Shown: one piece after another, positions 49,569-61,112 of the stretch
Layout of the letters: each line of letters starts with the position of its first letter
How positions within the stretch are numbered: the first letter of the stretch is position 1
NCBI GenBank assembly: GCA_002633005.1
Contig: NMRA01000316.1
Span: 263,063-327,062, forward strand
DNA from: Phoronis australis
Lineage: Eukaryota > Animalia > Phoronida
Length of the DNA: 64,000 nt
Reading direction: 5' to 3'
Position numbers and translations under genes: made by a program
The notes under the pieces: generated by a model
The model's input: only the letters and a program-made list of their open reading frames with translations
Told to the model about the DNA's origin: nothing
The model's database searches: none

Positions 49569-52037
49569 GTGAGTACCGTGTTGAGTAACAACACTACACA
49601 TCACGGTGCAAGATGTGGACGAGATGGAAACGAAACAAAGTCACTGTTCTTCACTCTTGTGAACACAATAATTTGTAAAATTGGACTACTGTTTCTTGCA
49701 TAGCATTTATTTTATGTAGTCGTTTAGGAGGATTTTTATCGAGAATGTGCTTGAGGTTAAAAGAACATGTTGCATTCAGGATCGTGGTGAGGCGGTAAAT
49801 GCAAACTAAAAAAATGCAAATGTGGATGTAAAATTGCTCGTCACAACCGGAACGTACAGTATTCTTTATGAACTGCAATGCGTAGGTGTTGTTATTCACG
49901 AAAATGTGCGTTTTTTAGCTACGATCTCGTGTCCGTGCGTATCAAATAAATATTTTGACTTCCAAGTTGTTGTTCATCTTGTCATTTTTATCAGTCGTCG
50001 ACTTTCCTGGTCACTTAACACTTGGCTACTTTTTCAGTCATAGCCGATTGCAAGTTGGTCCATACAGGCACTGCTCATCGGCTAAACACTTAGCATTTTT
50101 AGCAATTGTTTTGGCCTTGAAGATCTCGAGTTCTTCTGTTGGCATCATTGTCGTTCACTTAGGCCTACCTATATATTGTAGCTACTGGCATGTTTTGCTA
50201 AATGTTGGTTTCAGGATAGAAAGCTGTTTAAATTACACACTGGGAATGGTTGAAGTGAGGTATTAGCCTCAATGAATTCATCTGGTTGTTCAAGGTACTC
50301 TTTTCATCAAACAATACTGAAGGTCAGCTTAGGAGTCTTGTGCAGGTCAAAAGGCAGGAGCGTGTTTCATTAAAATTTAGTAATTTCACAACATTTTATG
50401 TAGAGTGGAGGTATAGACTAGCAACCAGTCTTTACTCATGGCATCACTTTCTGTTCAAAGTCTTGTAAAAAATTAGTTAAAAGTAAACAATTTTAGTGAA
50501 ACAAGCTCCAGTGGTGGTTGTACAAGTCACAGTGGGTAGGCCTACTCCACTAATCGAGTCGGTGTGCTCCCTAAATTTTCATCGTATTTGTTCACTTAGT
50601 GCAAACACTTTCTTCTTATTTGTATCTATAGCGTAAATTTTCACCAAATTCTTCATTTTGAAATTGAAAAAACAAAAGACCATTTCATGTAATACCCTTG
50701 CTTGTGTTCATTAAAGTTAGGAGTTTCAGATATTCGTAAAACATGGTGTAAGTAAAAGAGCTTACATTAAAAATATTAATGTAAAGTGAAAAACATAACA
50801 TTAATGAGTGAACGAAGTATGCCAATATGCTGAAATTTTAAGATTGCTAGTTCCTCATGGGAATGTTATATCCAACCAATGAGCTCATTGATCCAACTAA
50901 CCACAATGACCTAAAAGCTGGGGGTGGGAGGATTTGTACCACTTGGTGTCATTTTGTGTGTGGGGGTACTGCCATTGCACATTCAAAATCCTGACTTGTG
51001 CATTACTTATTTTCAACTTCTAGTATTTGATTACCATAATAGATGGCACCACTGGTGTCAATTGAGGGGCATATTGGGAGGTGGTTCTTCTTGACTTGAT
51101 CAAAAAGTTTCAGACCTTGCACAGCTTGATTTGCTGAAATGTCTTCATGAGGTCACCAATCCACATCCAAGCACGCACTCAAAATAGGTAGTAAACAGAC
51201 GGACATAATTGTTTGGTAAACCATGTTTGCATGACCTCAGTTCCTGTTTGATTACCTGACAATTTTACTAGGGCACATTTCCCGAGTTCATATTGTGCTA
51301 AGCATCGTTTCATGCCTTGGTTGAAATTGATGTGAGGGGGTACTTATTTAGACTATAAGCAGTGAGGTGCAGTTTTAAAAATGAGCGTAGACTAGAACTG
51401 GCTTTGCTTGTTCAGCCTTGGTCGGAAATTATCGATTCCATTTTTGCTGATGATATTGTAATCTTCTTCCTGGTTAGAGTTTGTGAGCCCTTTATTTTGT
51501 TAAAATTGTTGCCTCACTTGAAAGTCACTGTCATATCTAAAACAATTGTGTGCAGGGACATCGTGTCATCTATGCTCTGCGTCAAAGTAATTGACGTATT
51601 TGGTGAGACTAGTTCATGCCGTTGACATTTCCTGTGATATTTCATTGATGAGCGTTGGGAAGTTCTTTTGCTGTTTTTATCCTGAATTCAATCTTTTGAC
51701 CGGATGAAAATTAGGTTCCTCACTTAACAAAAGTTGAAAATAAATCATTTACAGTCTTCTTGATGATGTAATCATACTTCAAGATGTGGATCAATACCAT
51801 TGCAACTCTTCTAATTTCTAGCTGTGATCCTCTTCCCCCCAGTGTCTGACCAGCAGACATTAAACGCTCAGTACAAATCCCTAGACCAGCACCCCAANCC
51901 CCCTTCGTGTAAAGTGTTCCAAACATGGTGGCTTTTTATTCACGTCGCCACAAACTGATCTATTCCACCGACTACCATTTCAAAAATGTGATTATTTTTC
52001 CTCTACCTGTGGTACATATTTTATTTTGCAGGTTACC

Positions 52038-52160
52038 ATGGAGATGGTGCATGACCAAGAGGGGCACTCTGACCTGGATAATGCAATACCTAATCAACCT
52101 GTCCAGGTGCAGTCTGTCATACAGAGCAACCAACACTCAGTGATTCAGGCCACCGGACAG
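52038..52160 (+). CDS. CREB1: CREB1 coding exon 1 (Q1)
   Basis: Acceptor ttttgcag at 52031, then ACCATGG Kozak context; MEMVHDQEGHSDLDNAIPNQPVQVQSVIQSNQHSVIQATGQ; donor gtaaat. Confidence 0.88.
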
Positions 52161-55100
52161 GTAAATACTCAATGGTGCTCAATGTACCTCCAGTATAATC
52201 CACTTGAAATAAAAAATGTGGATGTCTGTGCTCAGACCTAATATGCAATTGCAGGTTGATAATTTAAAGATGAAATATTTCCAGCTTGACTGTCAAGCTG
52301 TAGGCATTGTTTATTCAAACCTTCATTATTGTCGGTGTGTCAACTGCTCCATGCAGCTATGTACATGTACTGTAATGGCTAGCACAGACAAGTCTGCTCA
52401 TCTGATGCACCGCAAGATACATGAGGCCAGCTGCAAACAAATAGCTACGAGCTGAGCTCTGTCATTTTTGTGTGAACTATGTAGCTCAGATCATAGCTTG
52501 ATGTGGCTTACCTGGTCACACTAAGCAAAATGCCGACTCACTTACTCCTTACGTTCATATATTAAACATCATGCAAATGTAGTAGTACGCATGATTACAA
52601 TAAAACACTGAAACAGATTTGGTGTTATCAAGGGAAGCAATACCTAAGCAATTGGCTTCTGCAGGTAATTTCTTCAACTTTTAGCCCATGATTGTTTACA
52701 TGCTGTGAGGATTTACGCTACCAGGTAAAAACTCCAACAAGTGAAACATTTACCTCACTGCCTTGGGAGACAAAATCATTACGGTTTATTTTTCCCCATG
52801 TTGAAGCTATGAGCTGAGCTAATGTTCGTTCGAGGCTCAGAGCTCATTGTCAGTGCTCATTTTAAGAACAAACTGAGTTTTCATGCTGCATGCAATAAAT
52901 TCATTTTGTTCTACAATCCATGATACTGGTTAGGGATCTGAATAAGCACATGCTACCCGCACGAATTGTTCACTTTTTTGTCCAGCTGCTTATGATTAGA
53001 GACTGAAGAACATGGATGTCTGTTAGTGGTAGTAATGCCACACAGTACGTCGACTTGTCCTGTACTCATAAGGGCCCAAGTAGAGTTCTTGTCTTAAGGA
53101 TCCCAATGCCCCTTAAGGGTGCTACATTTTATGAATGGAGGATTTTGATATGTTTTATTATGATGATGAGAGTAATCGATTATCTGTATGTCTGTATCAT
53201 TCTGTATTATTAAACAAAGTAACACTCTTAAACTACCACTATATTGTAAAAACTGCACCATAATTGAATAATACAACAAGCAGTTTCTAATTGTTGTTGT
53301 TCATCTGACAGGTCAGCTCATGAAAATTTAACATGGTTCAGAAAGAGGATAGTTGCATTCCAAAGTAATTAAATTATTGGTTAGTGGACTAGGTACTAAA
53401 AATAATATGAGTGACAGTTGAAAAAACGTGCTTTCCCCTTACCATAAAGATTTGATCCTTGCAATGTGAATAATTCCATGGTATCTGTGTTAGTGAAATG
53501 TATAGTGTTAGTTTGATTCTCATACTGATGTGACAATTTTTCCTTACATTCTGCCTCCATGTTTCTCAGTTGTTGCTAGACCCTTGCCTGACACAAAGTT
53601 AACAGGCTGCAATAGAATGCTCCCATATTCCTCTGATTAGCTGGCGAGTGTGAAAGTGGAGATGTCTAAAGCAATGAGAAGTTCTTGCTTTTGTCATACC
53701 CGACAATTGTCCATTTCCTGTTTATAAACTCTTAACTTTTACCCAACCACATACTTCCTATTCCAGTCTTGCAGTTGGTGGTTGTGTAGAAACTGACAAC
53801 TAGACTGATTTTTCTTAGGTTGAAGATGAGAGTGAAGGGGCTGACGGCAGAACAAGGCGGGAGATTTTAGCTAGGAGACCCTCCTACAGGTAAGTTGGAA
53901 CAGTCTTTATTTGTTCATAGGCCTCTTGCTTCTCTGTTGTACTGCATGTTGAAGTGCGCTAGTGGCATCGCCACATACTTTTAAACCGTGGCGTGTCCGA
54001 GATTTTTAAGTCTCATAATTTAAACCTTTTTTGTAATACATGTATCTTTTTCATGCTGTAACCTTAGTGTCAATCGCAATGAATTGTGCCGATTTTGTGC
54101 GACCACATGTTTATATGTGGACGCATTATGCTGTTATCTCTGCCCGTCTGTCTGTATGTATATTATGAAATTTTGCAGATATGTTCCTTTCAAAGATGAA
54201 ACATTATGATCGAATTTTCAGAGGGATCCGTCTACCGATGTGCCCCTAGTGTCAATTTTATTTTTTACATTTGCCGTTGTAGCTTCGGTATTTCTTGGCA
54301 AATCGGTCTATGAGGAAGATGATGCCACCTCCACGTTTTCAAATGGATTCGATGTATTTTGCACCATCTAGTGGTCATTTTTACTGTTTTTGAGTCTGGT
54401 TTATGTCGTCTGCCTCTCAATAGTCTAAACCACTCTAGGGTTCGTTATAAAAATTGACAGATATGTTCCTACTAGGAAGAGAACGGTTGACGATGATTTC
54501 CAGATGGTTCTGATTACAGTGGCTCCTCCTAGTGGTAGTTTTGTTTTCGTTGCTTACGTGGCTGTATGTCCCAAACTTTTTGAAGGATCGTTAAATTTGG
54601 GAAGTGTATTTGTATGGAGGTGGCAACGGATGACGACGACGTTCAGATGCATCTAACTCCCGCTGTGCCCCCTTGTGGCAATTTTTTTCTCTGTTTCCTC
54701 TGTATTTTTGGAGTTTCTTGGTGGATTTTTATGAAATTTGGCAAATTGGTTTTATTACTGAGGTGATGCCACCCTTTTGTTTTCAGATGAATTTGACGTA
54801 GTATACGCCTCCCAGTGGCTGTTAAGTCTGTTTTGGCGTCCATCTCACTGTGGGCCAAATCATTCTAAGAATCCTTATGGAAATTGGTAAACGTGTTCCT
54901 GGTGGGAGGAGCATTGTTGACACTTTTCGGACACTTTGACTACTGTGGCACCCCCTAGTGACAGTTGGCTGTTTTGCATCCGCAGCTGTTTCTTCCTGCT
55001 GGATCTTTGTTAGATTTGGCAAGTGTATTTCTGTAAATGCGACAACAGATGATTACGTTTGGACGTATACGACTACCACTGTGCCCCCAGTGACAGTGTA

Positions 55101-58100
55101 ATTTTTTACAGGCTTGGCTAGTGTGTTCCTACTGTGGAGAGCATTGCTGAACCCCCTAGAGGCTATTTTAAGTTTACTAGCATTTCTCCATTTAGTGAGA
55201 ATGTTTATAGTAATCAGTCCTTGTATCTGTGATATATGCGATGCACATGGTGGGCGCTTATCAGCACTTCACGTCGTTTTTGCTGTAAAACCCTGTTCAA
55301 TTTGGAATTGTTTCAGCAAAAATATTGTTGGTGAAGTAGCATGAGTTCATAAGTGTTTCCTGTTGTAGGAAAATTCTAAATGACCTGTCTTCTGATGGGC
55401 CGTCAATTCCTGGAGTGTCTAAAATTGACGAAGAATCCAACCACTCGAGCCCTGAAAGTCAAGAGTCTGAGTCTCAATCACAGACCGCCACTTCTCAATA
55501 TCAAGGTACAGATGTACCTGCTTTTAATTCATGGCTCTATGTTACCACTTGCCTTGGTGCCAAATGTTATGGATCTGAATGTATTCTACATGCTTTTAGG
55601 GGGTTTTGTATGTTTTTTTCAACACTTGTCTTTAAAAAATTTTGTTGGAAATAAAATTAGCTTTTGAAATTGTCAGCATTTTTGATCCAAGATCTGCGAA
55701 ATTGAGCACTGAACGTACTGGAAAATGAAAAATATTTGAGAATGCATAGTTTGACCAACAAGAGGTATCCTAAGTACCCGTGAAAAATTTAATTAGTACA
55801 TATCGGTCTTCATCTTTTGCGATTGGTCAGTTGAAGTTATTTGTGAATCACTGTCCTATAAAATCACGCATACAGGTACGTGATTTAATATTGTGGGTTA
55901 TCAACCTATTTGGAACTAGTATTAAGGTGTCACACGTGATTTCAGAAACGAATGAATTCCATGGAATTAGGTTACATTTGGCTAACAAGAATAGGAACTC
56001 TAGTATTTTGTGTGGTTTCAACTCTATTTGATTAGCATTACTCGGTTCCCCATATGGTCCCCATTCAAGATTGGAAATGCAGTATTCCTGAAATAACGTG
56101 GGGACCAGCATCAGCTGGCAACTGCGAAATCGAGTCTGGGAGACAAATGCTTGTTATTCTAGTCAATTGGATTGTCAGAGGAATCTCAGCAAGGGATGTT
56201 AGCAAATTTGTTCACCTGATGTGTGCGCGCACACATCGCGGAATTTGCACCCACCACAGTAAAATTGTGCTGTTACCAAAAAACACCTTCAAAATTGTCC
56301 TCTGGTAGAGGCTAAATTTTTACGTCTTTGTTTTGGAGAATGTGTTTGAGACAATTAAAGTATCTTAAAGTTTTTATAAGTATTTCACTAAATAGTGACT
56401 CAGTTACCTGGTATAGCACAAATTGGTGGCTCTCCTGATTGATAAAATGGGTTAATTAAAAAGCTAAAACCACATTTTAATTATAGACTGTCGATTGGCA
56501 TTTTCGATATGGGGATGACGTGATGAAATATGGTATATCGCTAGATGGTAATATGGTAGTTGAAGTGTTCTGCACTGTTGTATGACTAATGCAGTGGGTA
56601 TTTGTGTTTCCCAACGTTTTACAGGAATTCTTTACCTCCTTCATGCAGTCAAATTTGCACTGGTTTGGGTCAGATATTCAGACGATTCACACAAAAGCGA
56701 TGGCCACTTGAATATAGTCATTTACCATTGTATCTTCAATGAACAGTTTTTTTTTTCATAGCATTATCTGTTCTTGTAGAGTATGTGTCCGTAGTACCAG
56801 CCGGAGCCATTCAAATTGCTGCCCACGGTGACAACTCAGCGCAGGGACTACAGACACTAACCATGACAAATGCCAGTGGTGGCAGCTCCGGGGCCACTAT
56901 AGTACAGTATGCCCAGGGACCTGATGGACAGTTCTTCATTCCAGGTATTTAATTAAACAAATTATGCAGAAGTTTCTTCTTCAGTTACACATGCTCTACA
57001 TAAATATTCTTATGTTGCACTGTGGCACTGTGCTTTGAAAAATGATGCTATTTCATCGCATACATTCTCTAAAAAGTAAGTGCAGTAAGCTTTGTTATGG
57101 TTAGTTACACGTGACTATTAGAAACCCTTTTTGCGATAGCGGAGAACAGATACAATATATGCAATCAGTTCGTTCACGGAATTTGAGATTTTGAACGGAA
57201 TTCACATATTCCAATACTAGGTAACATAACTCTAGCATCAGCAGGCATTTGCTTTTTAATTACAAATTTAAAAAATAAATACTCCAATCCGTCATATGTG
57301 TTACCCAAGACCCTTCTGATCACATATCAATTGCCAATCATTTTCCACTAGAGATGATCATTCTCTTCGAATGTGATGCTGTCATTTTCCTGATTTCAAT
57401 TAACACTGAACATGAGTGAGGCAATTCCCATGCCACTTTGAATATTATTCATTACTTTGCTAATTTACCAAACTGACACACAATTTTGTATCAACAGAGT
57501 GAGGTGAAAGACTTAAAATTGTTGCAAATAGCTGCTGATACAACTTTTCATGCACTTAGTGTTTAATATCAAAGTGAACGATCAGTTGTCATTCACCTTA
57601 ATTCTTAATTATGGGGTGACCAAAATTGCCTATTTGTAAAAGTTTTGGTACGACCTCAGACCTTGAGCAAAACGAATATTTTTTCGCTGTCCCAAAACTG
57701 GAGAATTTGCACCGCTGTATTAGTCCACCGCATTACATCATGCTTTCTAATTTAGCCTAGGCCTGAGACTGCTAAAATTTTACTCACAACTCAACTTGTA
57801 ACATAGTCTATCAAATAGCTTGTAATTTGAATGACATTTACTTTTTCTCCTTTGTGAGAGGAGTTCTGAAAGAAGTTGGGTGGTCTGGGGGGGGGCTGCT
57901 TTTGTACGTATAGAATTGCAGTAGTTTCAATTTGCTTGTGCTGTTCCCTGTTGACTGACATCAGTCTCTGTGTGATGTTTCAGCTACAGCTGTCTCTGGT
58001 GGTGGTGTGCAGGCATACCAGATCACTTCAGCAGCCAACCTACCTCAGGGTGTCCAAGGAGTGGTCATGGCCTCTGCCGGGGCACTGTCGAGTCACGGCC

Positions 58101-60139
58101 AAATCGGTCAGATGGGTGAGGAAGCATCTAGGAAGAGGGAACTGAGACTTCTGAAGAACAGGTGCCCACTTTTGTTCCATTTTTGTGCTCTTGTTATTGA
58201 ATGTTGGGGTGCCTGAGGGATGGTAAAGTCTTGTTCTGTATGCATACAAATCAGATCATAGCTTAGTTTGGTAAAAATCTGAAGTATTGGCTTTGTTTTC
58301 AAGATCTTCACCAGACTCGCGTTCTAATAAAGGCTGGGTTTGAGACAACGCATTTACTTAATTGCTGAATGAACCGTACTTTGTAAAGTCAGAGGCAAGG
58401 TGTCTGTCTCCAGTTCTACTTGCTTCAGTTATCATGCAGTTTCGCACAGTTTGGAACATGGTTGTTATCAATCGCCATTACTATTTCCGAAATAGTTTCC
58501 CTGATAAAAGTCAACCACAGAATGTTGACTAGAAATCTTGTCCAATGCACCCAATTCCATTTGCAAGTTGAAGTGTTAATTTCTATTTCCATATGCCTTT
58601 TAATAGAATCCAGGGCAGTTAAATTTTGTCAATTGTCAACTACAGTGTGACTAATTTTATCATTTGCCGCTTACTTACAGTCTACCCGAACAACACATGT
58701 GCCGCACTGAAAAGCATAGTTCGTTGCTCATTAACACAGCTTCCGTTTCTGATAAACTGAGTTTACCAACCCACAAACACAGGGCACTGACCACCAAACA
58801 CGGTGCCAAACTCACAAAGGGCATCCACCAATACAGTTTGCGGATTCACAAACTCATGCCCTGACTGCCGGAAAAGTCGTACAGACTCCAGGGCTTGGAA
58901 TTTTCCGCGGAAACGCGGATTTCCGCTTTTTTCAAATGTTCTGTCCGCGCATTTTATAATATTTCCGCGTAAAAAAATCGGATTTGATATGAAATTTCCT
59001 CGGCAAATTCCTTTCTTACCGCGGCGTTGCAGACAACGTTCACCTCGAAAAGCGGAAGTTGCTCTTGATGTTTCGGAGGAACGTAAATTGTCAAATTTGC
59101 CGGGGCATCTGGGATAGCGTGGTGGGATTTTCAATGGCGTCTCGTGTTATTGTAAACCGCGGCGACAAATACTACGGCTCTGCAGCCAAAAATGTGTGGG
59201 TTTTTGAGTGGACGGATGAGCTAAAGAAACGCAGACGCCTGCTACTGATGGTGGTAACGTTTTTTTTCTTTTTTTTTTTTAGTTACGATTTTTGTCGGGG
59301 AAAGGTTCAAAGGTTCACATCAAGACTGGGTAGCGCGCATGATTTGGTCCGTAAAAGTTTCANTGTTTCGGAGGAACGTAAATTGTCAACATTGCCGGGG
59401 CATCTGGGATAGCGTGGTGGGATTTTCAATGGCGTCTCGTGTTATTGTAAACCGCGGCGACAAATACTACGGCTCTGCAGCCAAAAATGTGTGGGTTTTT
59501 GAGTGGACGGATGAGCTAAAGAAACGCAGACGCCTGCTACTGATGGTGGTAACGTTTTTTTTCTTTTTTTTTTTTAGTTACGATTTTTGTCGGGGAAAGG
59601 TTCAAAGGTTCACATCAAGACTGGGTAGCGCGCATGATTTGGTCCGTAAAAGTTTCATAGTTTCCGCGTTTTTTGTCATTGGTCATTCCAAGCCCTGAGA
59701 CTCCTTGTTCCATGTTGGGTAGTTAGTGAGCTATGCTTGTGAGTCAGCAGGTGATGTTTTTAGTGCGTATTCCATGTTTTGAGATACCAGATCCATGTTT
59801 GGTAGTGGGAAAGCTACGTTTGAGTGTTGGGGAACTGAGTTTGCAGAGCCCGTGATCCGCATTTCTAAGTGAGGAACTATCATGTGTATTATGAGTGCGA
59901 TAGCTGTGTTGTTCTGGTACCCTGACTGCAATCCCAAGACTCAATTGACCAGTGTTGTGACTCCCAGTCTCACTTATATCTATAGGGAAGCAGCCAAAGA
60001 GTGTCGGAGAAAGAAGAAGGAGTACGTCAAATGCCTGGAGAACAGGGTGGCTGTACTCGAGAACCAGAACAAGGCACTGATTGAAGAGCTGAAATCCCTT
60101 AAGGAACTTTACTGTCAAAAGGAAAACGTTGGCCCTTAA
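52038..60139 (+). CDS. CREB1: cAMP-responsive element-binding protein CREB1 (CREB/CREM/ATF1 ortholog), whole gene: join(52038..52160,53819..53889,55369..55505,56780..56944,57984..58161,59986..60139), about 275 aa
   Basis: Q1-like VQVQSVIQ, KID RREILARRPSYRKILNDLSS, Q2 QGLQTLTMTNA...TIVQYAQGPDGQFFIP, and bZIP EEASRKRELRLLKNREAAKECRRKKKEYVKCLENRVAVLENQNKALIEELKSLKELY. GT-AG introns in phase; AATAAA at 61107-61112. Confidence 0.96.
53819..53889 (+). CDS. CREB1: CREB1 coding exon 2 (KID, PKA site RRPS)
   Basis: VEDESEGADGRTRREILARRPSY(R); acceptor tttttcttag, donor gtaagt. Confidence 0.93.
54093..55297 (+). mobile_element. Helentron-associated non-autonomous element (HINE/DINE-1-like) with internal tandem repeats
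   Basis: T-rich start, 5' IR tgcgaccacat/atgtggacgca, and a (gtct)n-like microsatellite at about 54145. About 8 degenerate units of 120-160 bp (aaatttggca..gtgttcct..ccccctagtg), then 3' subTIR atggtgggcgc and a short stem cagca/tgctg. Confidence 0.65.
55369..55505 (+). CDS. CREB1: CREB1 coding exon 3 (second half of KID)
   Basis: KILNDLSSDGPSIPGVSKIDEESNHSSPESQESESQSQTATSQYQ; acceptor tgttgtag, donor gtacag. Confidence 0.9.
56780..56944 (+). CDS. CREB1: CREB1 coding exon 4 (Q2)
   Basis: (E)YVSVVPAGAIQIAAHGDNSAQGLQTLTMTNASGGSSGATIVQYAQGPDGQFFIP; acceptor ttcttgtag, donor gtattt. Confidence 0.93.
57984..58161 (+). CDS. CREB1: CREB1 coding exon 5 (Q2 end and basic region start)
   Basis: (A)TAVSGGGVQAYQITSAANLPQGVQGVVMASAGALSSHGQIGQMGEEASRKRELRLLKN(R); tandem acceptors at 57983 and 57989; donor gtgccc. 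Confidence 0.92.
58889..59697. mobile_element. hAT-type non-autonomous element with perfect 6-bp TSD, in the last CREB intron
   Basis: Perfect 12-bp TIR cagggcttggaa / ttccaagccctg; TSD agactc/agactc; ttccgc subterminal repeats. Contains a probably artefactual 294-bp duplication around the N at 59363. Confidence 0.85.
59986..60139 (+). CDS. CREB1: CREB1 terminal coding exon (bZIP)
   Basis: EAAKECRRKKKEYVKCLENRVAVLENQNKALIEELKSLKELYCQKENVGP*; acceptor tatctatag. Confidence 0.96.
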
Positions 60140-61106
60140 GATTCCTTTGCACTTGTTTCGTGTTCTTTACCAAAAGAAAGTTATGAATATTTATTGATAA
60201 AACGGTAAACTTGCCTTTGTCTTTTTATCCAGATTTTTGTGGTTGATGACAAGGTGTTTTTTGAATCGGATGCTCAGATCTGAAAATATGTGCTCTTTTC
60301 AATCCACCTAAAGTTATCCATGTTAAGTGCACACTGTGGCTATATGAAGTTATTTCAGAGCAAAGTGTTCTAGCTGATTCTCGTTGAAATGATTTAGTAC
60401 TACTTTTCGTCTGGTATGCTGTCAGCATAACTGCATTAATTCAAACTGCGGTTGTCTACTTTTCGTGACACTACTGTGCGGAAGGTATTTCACCGCACTA
60501 GTTCTATTCATCAACACAAAAATCTCTGATGAAAGATGGTGAAATCATTCATTTTCAAAACCAAGTTTATGGTATTAATGGTAATGTTTATGCAAATCTG
60601 TCTCATCCATTTCTCGCACTCATAACACGTAAGGTTTGCTCCCTTCAAACACCTGGTGTTGAGGGATGGTTTTGCAATGGTTGAACACTAGAAACATGGA
60701 GCTGTTTTCACTTCTCTCTTTGTAGCTGCTTCTGACATGTTGGTATTCATGTAGTCACGTGATTACATACTGTATGTTATATGTCTTTGTACTGTACAGG
60801 TTATGTTTGCTGGTGGAGTTGTAAATACATCTGGATGGACGCCATAAGAGTCTTACGAAATCAAATATTTTAAGCATTTGTTTTTTAATTGTACACACAT
60901 TGTTTCTGGATGGTTACAATTGTCAGTGCTGTTTTTTTATTAAAACGGAAATATCATACCAGAAATTTTATTTCATTGTTGTGCTTTGATGTTAATGACA
61001 GACTTCTGAAAGTTGCTTCGTTTTCAGTCGTTCATTGGCCTGGTGAATATGCTTTAAAGTTAAATGTCACCATTTGATTGTAAATTTGTTTTCATTGAAT
61101 TTGTAA

Positions 61107-61112
61107 AATAAA
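61107..61112 (+). terminator. Probable CREB1 polyadenylation signal
   Basis: AATAAA about 970 nt after the stop codon, at the end of a T-rich UTR-like tract and followed by GT-rich sequence. Confidence 0.5.

Noticed and set aside
59069-59657. Near-identical 294-bp tandem duplication and the twin ORFs 59059..59412 and 59339..59698
   Set aside because: The copies are joined by a single N at 59363 and differ at about 2 nt, typical of unmerged contig ends or haplotypes. The ORFs have no recognisable domain.
59744-60118. 124-aa minus-strand ORF
   Set aside because: It is the antisense shadow of the CREB bZIP exon.
60525-60550. CTGATGA...GAAA hammerhead-like core in the CREB 3'UTR
   Set aside because: There is no stem II between the motifs and no flanking stems I or III.
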